A stretch of DNA of 29,101 nucleotides. Origin: Opitutia bacterium. GTDB lineage: Bacteria; Verrucomicrobiota; Verrucomicrobiia; Opitutales; T3Sed10-336. Both the position numbers and the translations under genes were made by a program. Where the stretch lies: the NCBI GenBank assembly GCA_050506795.1, contig JBJHCF010000055.1, forward strand, positions 1-29,101. The letters are read 5' to 3'. The first letter of the stretch is position 1. Each line of letters opens with the position of its first letter. This document shows positions 10,301 to 17,218 of the stretch, piece after piece. The notes beneath the pieces were generated by a model that searched no databases, had not been told where the DNA came from, and saw only the letters and a program-made list of their open reading frames with translations.

Positions 10301-11241
10301 ACACAATGGCCCTCGTCGACGCCGCCACCGGCACCGAAACCGCCCAATACGAATACGGCCCCTTCGGCGAACCCATCCGCGCCACCGGCCCCGCCGCCGA
10401 AACAAACCCCTTCCGCTTCAGCACCAAATACACCGATCCCGAAACCCACCTCCTCTACTACGGCTTCCGCTACCTCAACCCCTCCACCGCCCGCTGGCTA
10501 AACCGCGACCCGATTGAAGAGTCTGGAGGGTTGAATTTGTACGCATTAGTCGGGAATAATGGAGTAGATGCTTGGGATTATTTGGGCCTAAGTTCGCGCT
10601 GCTTGGAGGAATGCTATGAGGAAGCATTTGGAGATTATCTTTTGGATGCAGCTAGGCTTGAAGATATTGGAGAGAGTCGGATCGAATCCTTTTTTGGCTC
10701 TGCGCGCTACGATAGGCGATCTGCACTTGCTGATCTTGGTGTTAACGTGTCTCGAACTGTTCGTGACACAGCTTTCACAGTTGTTGGCTCGTATGCTGCT
10801 GGGTCTTTGGCGGCTACAAGAAGCGCATCAGTTGCTAGATCAGCGCGTGGATTATATTCATCGGCAACGAGTCTTGCGAGTGTTAATCGAGCTGCGAGCG
10901 TTGCGAGTTCCGCACAACGACAGGCGAATTATACCCAACTTGCAGTAGGAACAACTTTTGGAGTTGGCGTTAGTGCTGTAAGGGCCGAGAGTTTAGGGGG
11001 ATTTTCAAGGGCGATTGGAACAACAACATTAGACAAATTGGGAGGAAATAAATTTGGACAATTTGGACTGGCAGTTTCTATTACTCAAGACGCTTACGAT
11101 TACATGCAAAAATTAGGATTTTCCGATGATGAAATAGCAGGAGTACTAGACCATATACTAGGTTCTATCGAGAATACCCATGAAAGTCTCCTTGATAGGC
11201 TTGAGGAGGCCCTAGTAATATGCGAGCAAAGGTATCAATGA
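4351..11241 (+). CDS. Rhs/YD-repeat polymorphic toxin with N-terminal Sec signal peptide
   Basis: Many YD-type repeats (YDAEGR, YDVMGRL, YDRQGRL, YDELGQ); core end YEYGPFGE..NPFRFSTKY..YYGFRYLNP..RWLNRDPIEESGGLNLY..NNGVDAWDYLGL; 216-aa variable tip from 10591. Confidence 0.95.
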   Translation: MSKPLLVILTGCLIHLTLFAGQSLEIPNIEAAQRALQERYMRFYEIAEGLGYDLGDAPPHLSFPRRSFDGRDPGLFPEDCFYEPDIFDEHTGRAETEVIYNLIGNLINQPLPDWDYWVHPSWHGAIEGRDATNGRMGVLGPIPYPGNVMTPENYLDFFRLFTARLNEMSVLQFQVNTTDLSGDPQGAPITRNVGIGTEGSCPMAKQEALSDFLSNAPFPLEQPGTIFNLERTQGTHFRYVELVGGVEERHTAYIHGTEGRFVIDYSGFPGTAVVYGRLYDAALINLGFPSTVDLEAGDAPHDEYNRWFRLDSFSGSDPGPYLSVPFAEHAQEAFVVPCPSGEFPANGEYFGWGIAARVVVTPEYDHFPSNALVTCGEACLGCQGVAGLCSELKFGSFDFRMGLGKGSEGDAGFLQLYNDTIDPLSASPFGLNLHLAGEGATVLRDGDYDNVLRQVVSDQVLVDVEIVEPYRRYVVRHYVRDDDGVVVDGFYRPDPADAFKEVTVENPQEPQFQAAATTDLAASSFFFFAPNHGIPSGMLFQGFVDGTAGALPEFWVNGPLRRDELYVLYAFDAHHLTVMWWDAANGWWDFDQMVEADPSQTLHIQTPQPFGTLTVTERRGGRERIMEYAASTASPATNGTFELFDVMENKQRRHTRTRVFDADGASFIDTLVKTDGEGNLIEEVERHYRVFPWNHLSFPARQDRAELVREVRDPHGNPRVTRFEYYDDPVADGQNYGRLKSEEHPDGFWAAYDYDAEGRTGRVYRPFLDSELSLTPAGNRMEEIVRQEVADLEGTGVEGRVITTIESIDGDEVSRRYRLVWSEPVDGLFRVATIDAVYEGATWQASENRRTDRWRFADGKHQGELARIKHPDGTMSFYDYATNTETGEKTRTVRRGVPNGNESDVIDGTETITVINVKGGRVSRVVYDIETGIVLESAITMPEDFDELGRPLVVLFHDGTFETREYEDCCGTVTVTDRSGLTRVERTEMDGSVMAVESNGITIRYEEGYRSNDVPGFTRSTIREGRGDAGTVVTQVETFDPAGRRIAALDPRDGIDRLTLFEQSLNALGQEVRTTTLADGAVSVDVVHRDGFPRLHQLNGLDTVRYEYGVESDTHEIFDGNAFVSHSFMATAVREIRVGPDGEESEWEKRYLDMLGRVYKVEIPDAEGNAVGHYSRTIYDTRGFPRKEIDPDGVTTLYGYNDRGELEFTVLDLDGRDEIDPSGTQRITRFTQEVVDDPERGEMVRRTVSVWETDHQDTETVVALAESSTDGLHVWESVYDQPPTHIETVYEGGGRIVRRVASPDGSVGTVTEVNGFLESETVIHPAEETLLDLTHTPDGFDRRSSTTDSLRGTTTTYEYYDSNLLRSVTTPESQPGAGDDRTTEFVYDVMGRLTTTKLPNQATTERRYHDDGALRMVFGQGTNPVEYTYDRQGRLRSMTTWRAFDYEAEEGVPGEGATTVWNYNARGYLESKADPVGEKVRYTYTAGGRIRTRDWARLGADGINPVRTVYGYGPGGIEDDSVIDGNLRGVFYQNDSSGTPEVHYTYYRSGRVATIDDGSGFREFDYKSGLLQREHYLTGGMNSLAGISINREFDLRRLHGLEVEGPAGSLYRADYSYENQPYLRSAEFLGHRVVYTNNPGASERQVLTYHNGESNVLSVVRHFDNLDRLTKQESTIAGGPVRSYRYRYTNLDQRDRMTAEDGSFWEYGYDELGQVVSGVRKRPDANPLPGYDYAYTFDQIGNRLETKVNDRPASYTPNLLNQYENREVPRALDVLGLAHPDAAVTVDGHHATRDGELFYHALDLSAGPESENPQWLGFSVTGTLSGGGHNDSDRVAEESRSAYLPANPETFQHDADGNLLRDGRWTYAWDAENRLIRMESTPEAVTAGARHLRLEFAYDSQHRRIRKTVEEFGGEWSVIDDRLLVYDGWNLLAELDATASTVERSYLWGLDLSDTFQGAGGVGGLLMNAAGDEIHFPIYDGNGNTMALVDAATGTETAQYEYGPFGEPIRATGPAAETNPFRFSTKYTDPETHLLYYGFRYLNPSTARWLNRDPIEESGGLNLYALVGNNGVDAWDYLGLSSRCLEECYEEAFGDYLLDAARLEDIGESRIESFFGSARYDRRSALADLGVNVSRTVRDTAFTVVGSYAAGSLAATRSASVARSARGLYSSATSLASVNRAASVASSAQRQANYTQLAVGTTFGVGVSAVRAESLGGFSRAIGTTTLDKLGGNKFGQFGLAVSITQDAYDYMQKLGFSDDEIAGVLDHILGSIENTHESLLDRLEEALVICEQRYQ

Positions 11242-11531
11242 ATGTTCTTCAACGAGATGCTGATAGGCTCTTGCGTTATTTTAGAAGGCCTATATATTTG
11301 GTGCTTTTCTATTATTTGATTGGCATGGTGTTTTTGGGGGCAACCGCCTATTCATATTTTTCTCAAAAGAATGAAGGTGATGTTTGGGTAACGACCGGAA
11401 TTGCTTTCTGGGTGCTTTTGTTTCTGTTTGTAGGAGCATCTTTAAAGCTCTTGATTGAGCTCATGATTCCGAAGTATAGAAAGCAATATTTTAGACCTGT
11501 CGATCGATCGCGACGGAGAACTTCTCGGTGA
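11238..11531 (+). CDS. Putative immunity protein with two transmembrane helices (97 aa)
   Basis: ATGA overlap with the Rhs stop; AT-rich like the toxin tip; two hydrophobic segments flanked by basic residues. Confidence 0.7.
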   Translation: MNVLQRDADRLLRYFRRPIYLVLFYYLIGMVFLGATAYSYFSQKNEGDVWVTTGIAFWVLLFLFVGASLKLLIELMIPKYRKQYFRPVDRSRRRTSR

Positions 11532-11710
11532 GATGAAGAGAGTGTCCGTGACCGCTTGCACCGTCGAGAGGTCTGGGCCAAAAAATACTCCATCCACCCA
11601 AATCCCCTGCGTCGACTTTCGGACCATATATGATAACGCCCGTTTATCCGTGGGGGATACCGTTATTTCAGATTTCGTTTAGAAGCGGAGTCTGCTTTAG
11701 GTGGAATACC

Positions 11711-11885
11711 AGTCGGTTAAGGCGGTTCATCGTTTTATGAAGCAAAAAATACAGCGGAAATTGGGCTCACACGGAGGCACAAAGTCACGAAGATTTTTAC
11801 AGGACTCACCTCCGTGAGCTCTCACCGGCCTGAGCTCGTCGAGGGCGTGGCTCCGTGTGAAAACTTTCACCTTTCAGCAATGCCT
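11711..11885 (-). repeat. Right copy of ~175-bp inverted repeat
   Basis: Reverse complement aligns ungapped to 1273-1447; internal hairpin TCACACGGAG...CTCCGTGTGA (11767-11860). Confidence 0.95.
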
Positions 11886-11907
11886 TTAACCGGACACGGT
11901 TCTGGTA

Positions 11908-11927
11908 AACTTGCCAAAGTAGGACTA
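11908..11927 (+). mobile_element. Orphan IS701-type terminal repeat
   Basis: AACTTGCCAAAGTAGGACTA is 15/20 identical to 1237-1256 in the same orientation; it reads NLPK*, like IS701 transposase C-termini as recalled. Confidence 0.45.
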
Positions 11928-12467
11928 CGCTGCATCTATCAACTCCGTAACTGAACACCTTTCGACCTAGGGGGGTTACTCTCTGATACGTTGCGCCCTG
12001 CTTTAAGTGGGGTTTGTGAGCGTGAGGACGGTTGTACCCCAACGAATTCTCCGGAATAGGTGCGGTCCTCCCTGGTTTCTAGTATTATTCCATGTAGCCG
12101 CGTGCTTTAGCCGCCCTTCGACATGATGCGGTAAATCCCGGACCCGGAGATCCCCGAGTTGGCCGGGTGGGCTTACCTCGATTGGAGTGCGGGGCAGTTT
12201 CCCGGGGGCAGTAGCGGGGCGGTTTTGGGGCAGGGAAGCGTTTCAAGGGTCCTTTTTGCACGGGATTGACGGTGACCCGACCTCCGGAACCCCTCGTTTT
12301 GCATCTGGTTCGTGCGCTTAGATTGAGGCTGGACAGGGCGCTTTGGTTCTGATATAAACGGTTTATCGGCGAGAGCGGAGCGCGTTGACATCTCGGCTCT
12401 TTCCAGGCGGAAATTTGTAATAGCCTCCAGGGGAACGTGATCGGTAATCTAACTTTCAGGACGAACC

Positions 12468-13778
12468 ATGAAAATCCTCCACCTCACCAATTATTATCCT
12501 CCCTTCCACGAGGGGAGCACGGAGATCCAAACCCAACAGCTGGTGGAGGAGTTGGAACGACGTGGCAACCACGAGCAGCAGGTGCTTACCTCCGATTTTA
12601 TTCCGGTTGGACAAGCCTCCGAAAACTGCGACGTCTTTCGTCAGATTGAAATAGCGGAAACCATTCAAAGGCAGCAGGATGTCTTCAGAGAACTCCACAT
12701 CCATCCAGGGTATTCCGGGAATCTCGGGCCGACCGTTGCCGGGAGCGAGTCGTTCTGGCGTTTGTATCGCCGGGAGCGGTACAATGTCGAAGTTCTTCGC
12801 CGCCGGGTGGATGCGTTTGAACCCGATCTCATCTTTGTCTGGGGTTTCCAAGGGCTTTCAGCGTCGTTGCTTTTTTATATCGAAAACTGCGGTATTCGCT
12901 GCGCTTATGGCATTATAAACGATTGGCCGTCCCTTTGGCTGAAAAACGAACCGTGGCTCGATATATGGCGGGATAACCACCGCGGGAAAGAACCCGTAAT
13001 CAAACCCATACTTAGAGGATTTCACTTATGCGAATCCATCCGGAGGAAGGCCCCGTTCGGCGATCCGTCGAAGATTCGTTTGCAGGAAAGCTTCTTCTGT
13101 TCCGGGTCGCTGAAAGAAATGACCGGACGCGATGGATTCGAGGTTTCTCACTCGAAAGTGATTCCGTGTGCCGTACCGGTGGAGCGTTATTACCGCAAAG
13201 AGAATCATCCTGCGCGGCTTCGACATTTGCTGTATATCGGGCGCCTTAACGAAGAGAAGGACCCTCTCACCGCCCTGCAAGCCCTGCAAATCCTTCACCG
13301 AAAGGGGCACACCGAGTTTACTCTCGACATTCACCGGCACGGGAACCTCGAGCAGGAGAAACGATTGCTCGCGTTTATTGTTCGGAGCAACCTTCGAGGC
13401 GCGGCTAGATTTGTGCAAACGGTTCATGAACAGCAGCACGTCACCCTTTACTCCTACGACATGCTGGTCTCCACGTCGAAATGGCCTGAGCCTTTTCCCT
13501 TGATGCAGTTGAAAGGGATGGCGGCGGGAGTGCCGGTGGTCACGACCTTGGTGGGCGGCCACGCGGAGTTGATTCGCGACCGCGAGAACGCCCTGGCCTT
13601 TAGAACCTCCGATCCGGACGATCTTGCCGAGAAGATCCTCGAACTTTCGGAGAATCCGTTGCTGGTCAAAAAACTGACCTCCACCGCCTACGAAGAGGTC
13701 CGCAGCAGATTCTCCCTTACATGTATCGGGGAGCGGGTGGATGACTTTATCAGCATGCCGGAAAAAATGGCCGCTTAA
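12468..13778 (+). CDS. Glycosyltransferase family 4 (GT-B fold)
   Basis: MKILHLTNYYPP N-terminus, LLYIGRLNEEKD, EPFPLMQLKGMAAGVPVV..GGHAELI. Confidence 0.92.
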   Translation: MKILHLTNYYPPFHEGSTEIQTQQLVEELERRGNHEQQVLTSDFIPVGQASENCDVFRQIEIAETIQRQQDVFRELHIHPGYSGNLGPTVAGSESFWRLYRRERYNVEVLRRRVDAFEPDLIFVWGFQGLSASLLFYIENCGIRCAYGIINDWPSLWLKNEPWLDIWRDNHRGKEPVIKPILRGFHLCESIRRKAPFGDPSKIRLQESFFCSGSLKEMTGRDGFEVSHSKVIPCAVPVERYYRKENHPARLRHLLYIGRLNEEKDPLTALQALQILHRKGHTEFTLDIHRHGNLEQEKRLLAFIVRSNLRGAARFVQTVHEQQHVTLYSYDMLVSTSKWPEPFPLMQLKGMAAGVPVVTTLVGGHAELIRDRENALAFRTSDPDDLAEKILELSENPLLVKKLTSTAYEEVRSRFSLTCIGERVDDFISMPEKMAA

Positions 13779-13932
13779 CTTCGATCAGAATGCGGTTTTG
13801 CAGGTCGACGAGGTTTTCGGGTCTTTGGTTGCGATCATGAGCCGGATCCGGCCGCTTGGGCACCCCCTGACCCGGGGTCTGCGCAACCGGCTCCCGGTCC
13901 GTTTTGACCATACCGAGCCTGCGGGAGGCGCA

Positions 13933-15342
13933 TTACAGGTAAGGGGAGAATAACCAGCAAATCGAATCCCTCAGGCGAGCCGGAAGCCGGCGTCCGTCTA
14001 CCTCCTCCAGGGTCACCTCTCGCCCTGATCTTGCGGATCGATCAATGTATTGGATCAGAGGAGCGGCGAAGTCTTCGCCGTAGACTTCGACCTGCAACTC
14101 AAAATTCAGACGTAAACTGCGCGGGTCCCAATTGGCCGAACCGATGAGGGTGTAGTATCCGTCGACAATAAACAGTTTGGAGTGATTGAACGGAGGGGGC
14201 TGGTAATAGACTTTGACCCCGCGAAGAAGGATTTCCCAGAGCATATTGCGAGTGGCCCAGTGCATATAAGGGAGATTGTTTTTCGCCGGAAGCACGACAA
14301 CCACCTCCACCCCCCTGACCGTGGCCGCCTGGATGGCTCCAATAAGTTCTCGCGGCGGGAGAAAATAGGGCGTCATGATGCGCACTGAGTGATGGGCTTC
14401 GGCGATGGCGGCGCCCAGCAGCATGTTCAGGCGATCCAGGTCCTCGTCCGGTCCGTCGGTAATGGTGCGGCACATGAAGGGTCCGTCCGGCGCTGTTTCG
14501 TGGAATGGAGGGACGTCGCCATTTTGGGTAGCGAAGCGCCAAAGGCGCAGGAACTCTTCGCGCAACTGCACCACCACCGGCCCGGTTAACCGGAAATGCA
14601 GGTCGGCTGTCGGCGATCGGTTGTTCGGGTCATCCACCAGGTGCCGGTCGCTCAAGTTCATGCCGCCGGTGAATCCAACCCGGTCGTCGACGACCAGGAT
14701 TTTCTGGTGGTTGCGCATATTCAGGGAAAGCGACGGCGGCAGCACACGGGGCGGGAGAAAGCGGGCAAAAGGGATGCCGGCTCGCCTGAGGGAGCGGGTG
14801 GTGCGGGGAAATGAATACCACTCGCCGATGCCGTCGATCAGAACGCGAATATCAACACCTCTGGCTGAGGCTCTCTTTAGCGCCTCGCAGAAACGTTTGC
14901 CGGTGCGGTCGTGATCAAAGATGTATGTTGTCAGCAAGATATGGCTTTCGGCCAGTTCTATCGCGTCGAGCATGGCCGGATACACCTTCTCGCCGTTGAC
15001 GAGTGCCTCGACTCCGTTTCCAGCAGTGAGCGGGTGGCGGCTGAGCGCCTGGCCCACTCGCGCCAGCTTGAGATAATTCTGTATCGGCTGGATCTTCTCC
15101 AGGACGCGATCGCACTCCGAACCGATCTTGTAGCCTTCAAGCCCCATGCGCTGCGCACGGACCCGGGCGCGATTGAGTCCGAAGAACAGGTAGAAGACAG
15201 GGCCGCAGAGCGGAACCAGGAAACACATGGCAATCCATCCAAAAGCCGCCCGCGAGTCTCGCTTGTAAAGCAGCGCGTGAACCGCGGTCAGTGGCGCGAG
15301 AATAGCGTGAAATAGAAGGACTATTAATAGGTAGTATGGCAA
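13933..15342 (-). CDS. cls: Cardiolipin synthase (phospholipase D family)
   Basis: Two N-terminal TM helices and two HKD motifs (NHQKILVVD..GGMN, NHSKLFIVD..GSANWDPRSLRLNFE); start codon uncertain. Confidence 0.92.
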   Translation of the reverse strand: MPYYLLIVLLFHAILAPLTAVHALLYKRDSRAAFGWIAMCFLVPLCGPVFYLFFGLNRARVRAQRMGLEGYKIGSECDRVLEKIQPIQNYLKLARVGQALSRHPLTAGNGVEALVNGEKVYPAMLDAIELAESHILLTTYIFDHDRTGKRFCEALKRASARGVDIRVLIDGIGEWYSFPRTTRSLRRAGIPFARFLPPRVLPPSLSLNMRNHQKILVVDDRVGFTGGMNLSDRHLVDDPNNRSPTADLHFRLTGPVVVQLREEFLRLWRFATQNGDVPPFHETAPDGPFMCRTITDGPDEDLDRLNMLLGAAIAEAHHSVRIMTPYFLPPRELIGAIQAATVRGVEVVVVLPAKNNLPYMHWATRNMLWEILLRGVKVYYQPPPFNHSKLFIVDGYYTLIGSANWDPRSLRLNFELQVEVYGEDFAAPLIQYIDRSARSGREVTLEEVDGRRLPARLRDSICWLFSPYL

Positions 15343-15625
15343 AAGGACCGGGCTTTAAAGTTCATCGTAAGCGGCCTGCAGAGCGATTGCAAGGCTTTCC
15401 GCCCCCTGCCGTCTATTACGGTCCTATGCCACATTACTTTGTCGGCCTCAAAACGCCCTGCCACCGTCGTCTTGAGCAAGGCTCGTCGGACCGGTTGAAG
15501 TAGAGAGTTATGCCGACGATGTTTCGCCTGGCGAACACAATCAATAACTATCCGACTCACGCCGAATTCAGGTTTAAAAAAAGCAATCGGTCAACCAACC
15601 ACGACACATCCACTTGTTTGTCCTC

Positions 15626-17080
15626 ATGAGAAACTTCCTCCGCACCGTCCTCCTGGTTCTTTCCGCCTTCGCGTTGACTTCCGGTTGCACAACCACCCAA
15701 CGAACCGGACCCGGCTCCGGCGGATCCGCTGAGCAGGAGCCTTTCGAGGCTTATCTTCTCGTTCATTTCACCGGGGAATCGCCGATGGGCGAACAGGTTT
15801 ACTTCGCGGTGAGCGAGGATGGTCTGAACTGGACCGATCTCAACAATTCGGCTCCGGTACTGACCTCGACGATCGGCGAAATGGGGGTGCGCGATCCCGC
15901 TATCGTCCGGTCTCCGGATGGAGACGGATTCTTCCTGCTGGCCACCGATCTGCGTATCGCCAGTGGACACGGCTGGCATGCGGCTCAATTCGACGGAAGC
16001 ACTTCCCTCGTATTCTGGGAGTCATCCGACCTGTTGAACTGGTCCGATCCGTGGATGGTCGATGTCGCCGGAAGCATTCCCGAGGCGGGATGCGCCTGGG
16101 CGCCGGAAGCCATCTACGACCAATCCACCGGTGACTACTTTGTCTACTGGGCGACCATATCCCCGCGCGACGGGGTCACCGAAGGACGAATTTTCTACTC
16201 CCGCACCAGCGACTTTCGGACGTTCTCGCCTCCGGAGCTTTACATCGAGCGCACCGGCGAAGGGGTCCACGGCGGCGATATTATCGACACCCTGATCATT
16301 GAAACCGAAGGGGCGGATTTCCGCTTTTACCGCGTCTCCCGCGACAGGCAATTGACTCTTGAGGGAGCCGATGAAATTCTCGGCGACTGGACCCGCATCG
16401 GCGACATCTCTCACCTCGGTTTTACCGGACGTCAGGTTGAGGGGCCCATTCTCTTCACCTTCAACGAAGGAGGGAAGTGGGGTCTTTATATCGACCGATA
16501 CGCCACGGGTGGAGGTTATATTCCTCTCATTTCAACCGACCTGGATGAACCCGAGGGCTTTCATCACCTTTCCTCGGAGGATTTCGACATGGGCCTCAGC
16601 CTGAAGCGGCACGGCGGAATTCTCAACATCACCCGCTCCGAATACGAGGCCCTGCTCGCCCGCTGGCCCAGTGAACCGTCGATCAGGCTGGCGGCACACA
16701 CGCCGGACGGTACGGTTGTCCGGCACGCCAACTATCGGATTCGTGTCGACTCCGAAGTGACCCCTGCCGGGGACGCGCATTGGCGTCTGGTCCCTGGCTT
16801 GGCCGAAGCGGAAGAGGGAGTTTCCATTCGGTCAGTCAACTTCCCCGAACGCTACCTGAAGGTCACCGCTTCCGGCCTTGCGCTTGAGTACGTGAACGAT
16901 GACCCCGCGGCCGCCAGGGCCACCTTTATCAAAGTTCCCGGTCTGGCCGACTCCGAGGGAGTCTCCTTCCGCCTGCTTGACTCCGATCATTATCTCCTTA
17001 CCGAAGGCTTCGTTCTCATCGCCGGTCCCGTTACCTCGGACGAAACCCGTCGCCGGGCCACCTTTCAGATTCGGGAGTAG
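15626..17080 (+). CDS. Lipoprotein glycoside hydrolase family 43 with C-terminal AbfB/CBM42-like domain
   Basis: Lipobox LTSGC; GVRDP, WAPE, IIDT, VEGP motifs; VRHANY..WRLVPGLA..VSIRSVNFPERYL..ATFIKVPGLAD. Confidence 0.88.
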   Translation: MRNFLRTVLLVLSAFALTSGCTTTQRTGPGSGGSAEQEPFEAYLLVHFTGESPMGEQVYFAVSEDGLNWTDLNNSAPVLTSTIGEMGVRDPAIVRSPDGDGFFLLATDLRIASGHGWHAAQFDGSTSLVFWESSDLLNWSDPWMVDVAGSIPEAGCAWAPEAIYDQSTGDYFVYWATISPRDGVTEGRIFYSRTSDFRTFSPPELYIERTGEGVHGGDIIDTLIIETEGADFRFYRVSRDRQLTLEGADEILGDWTRIGDISHLGFTGRQVEGPILFTFNEGGKWGLYIDRYATGGGYIPLISTDLDEPEGFHHLSSEDFDMGLSLKRHGGILNITRSEYEALLARWPSEPSIRLAAHTPDGTVVRHANYRIRVDSEVTPAGDAHWRLVPGLAEAEEGVSIRSVNFPERYLKVTASGLALEYVNDDPAAARATFIKVPGLADSEGVSFRLLDSDHYLLTEGFVLIAGPVTSDETRRRATFQIRE

Positions 17081-17218
17081 CCTTCGACTTTCCGGTGTCC
17101 GGGTCGTTTTGCAGATCTACGATATGATGGGCTTGCCTGTCAGGAATTGCAGTCGATTTTCGCTTTCGCGACCTACTATCGCATTGACCCCTCGTCAGGC
17201 AGTCACTGAAATGTATCA

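Noticed and set aside
12385..12426. TTGACA upstream of the glycosyltransferase
   Set aside because: No acceptable -10 at 16-18 bp spacing
11928..12460. Possible ncRNA or orphan toxin module in the long intergenic region
   Set aside because: No recognisable RNA family features, Rhs core remnant or credible ORF
15338..15365. Out-of-frame ATG just upstream of cls that would be in frame with one more T in a homopolymer
   Set aside because: Cannot distinguish sequencing error from a genuine TTG start; the tract is too short to argue phase variation
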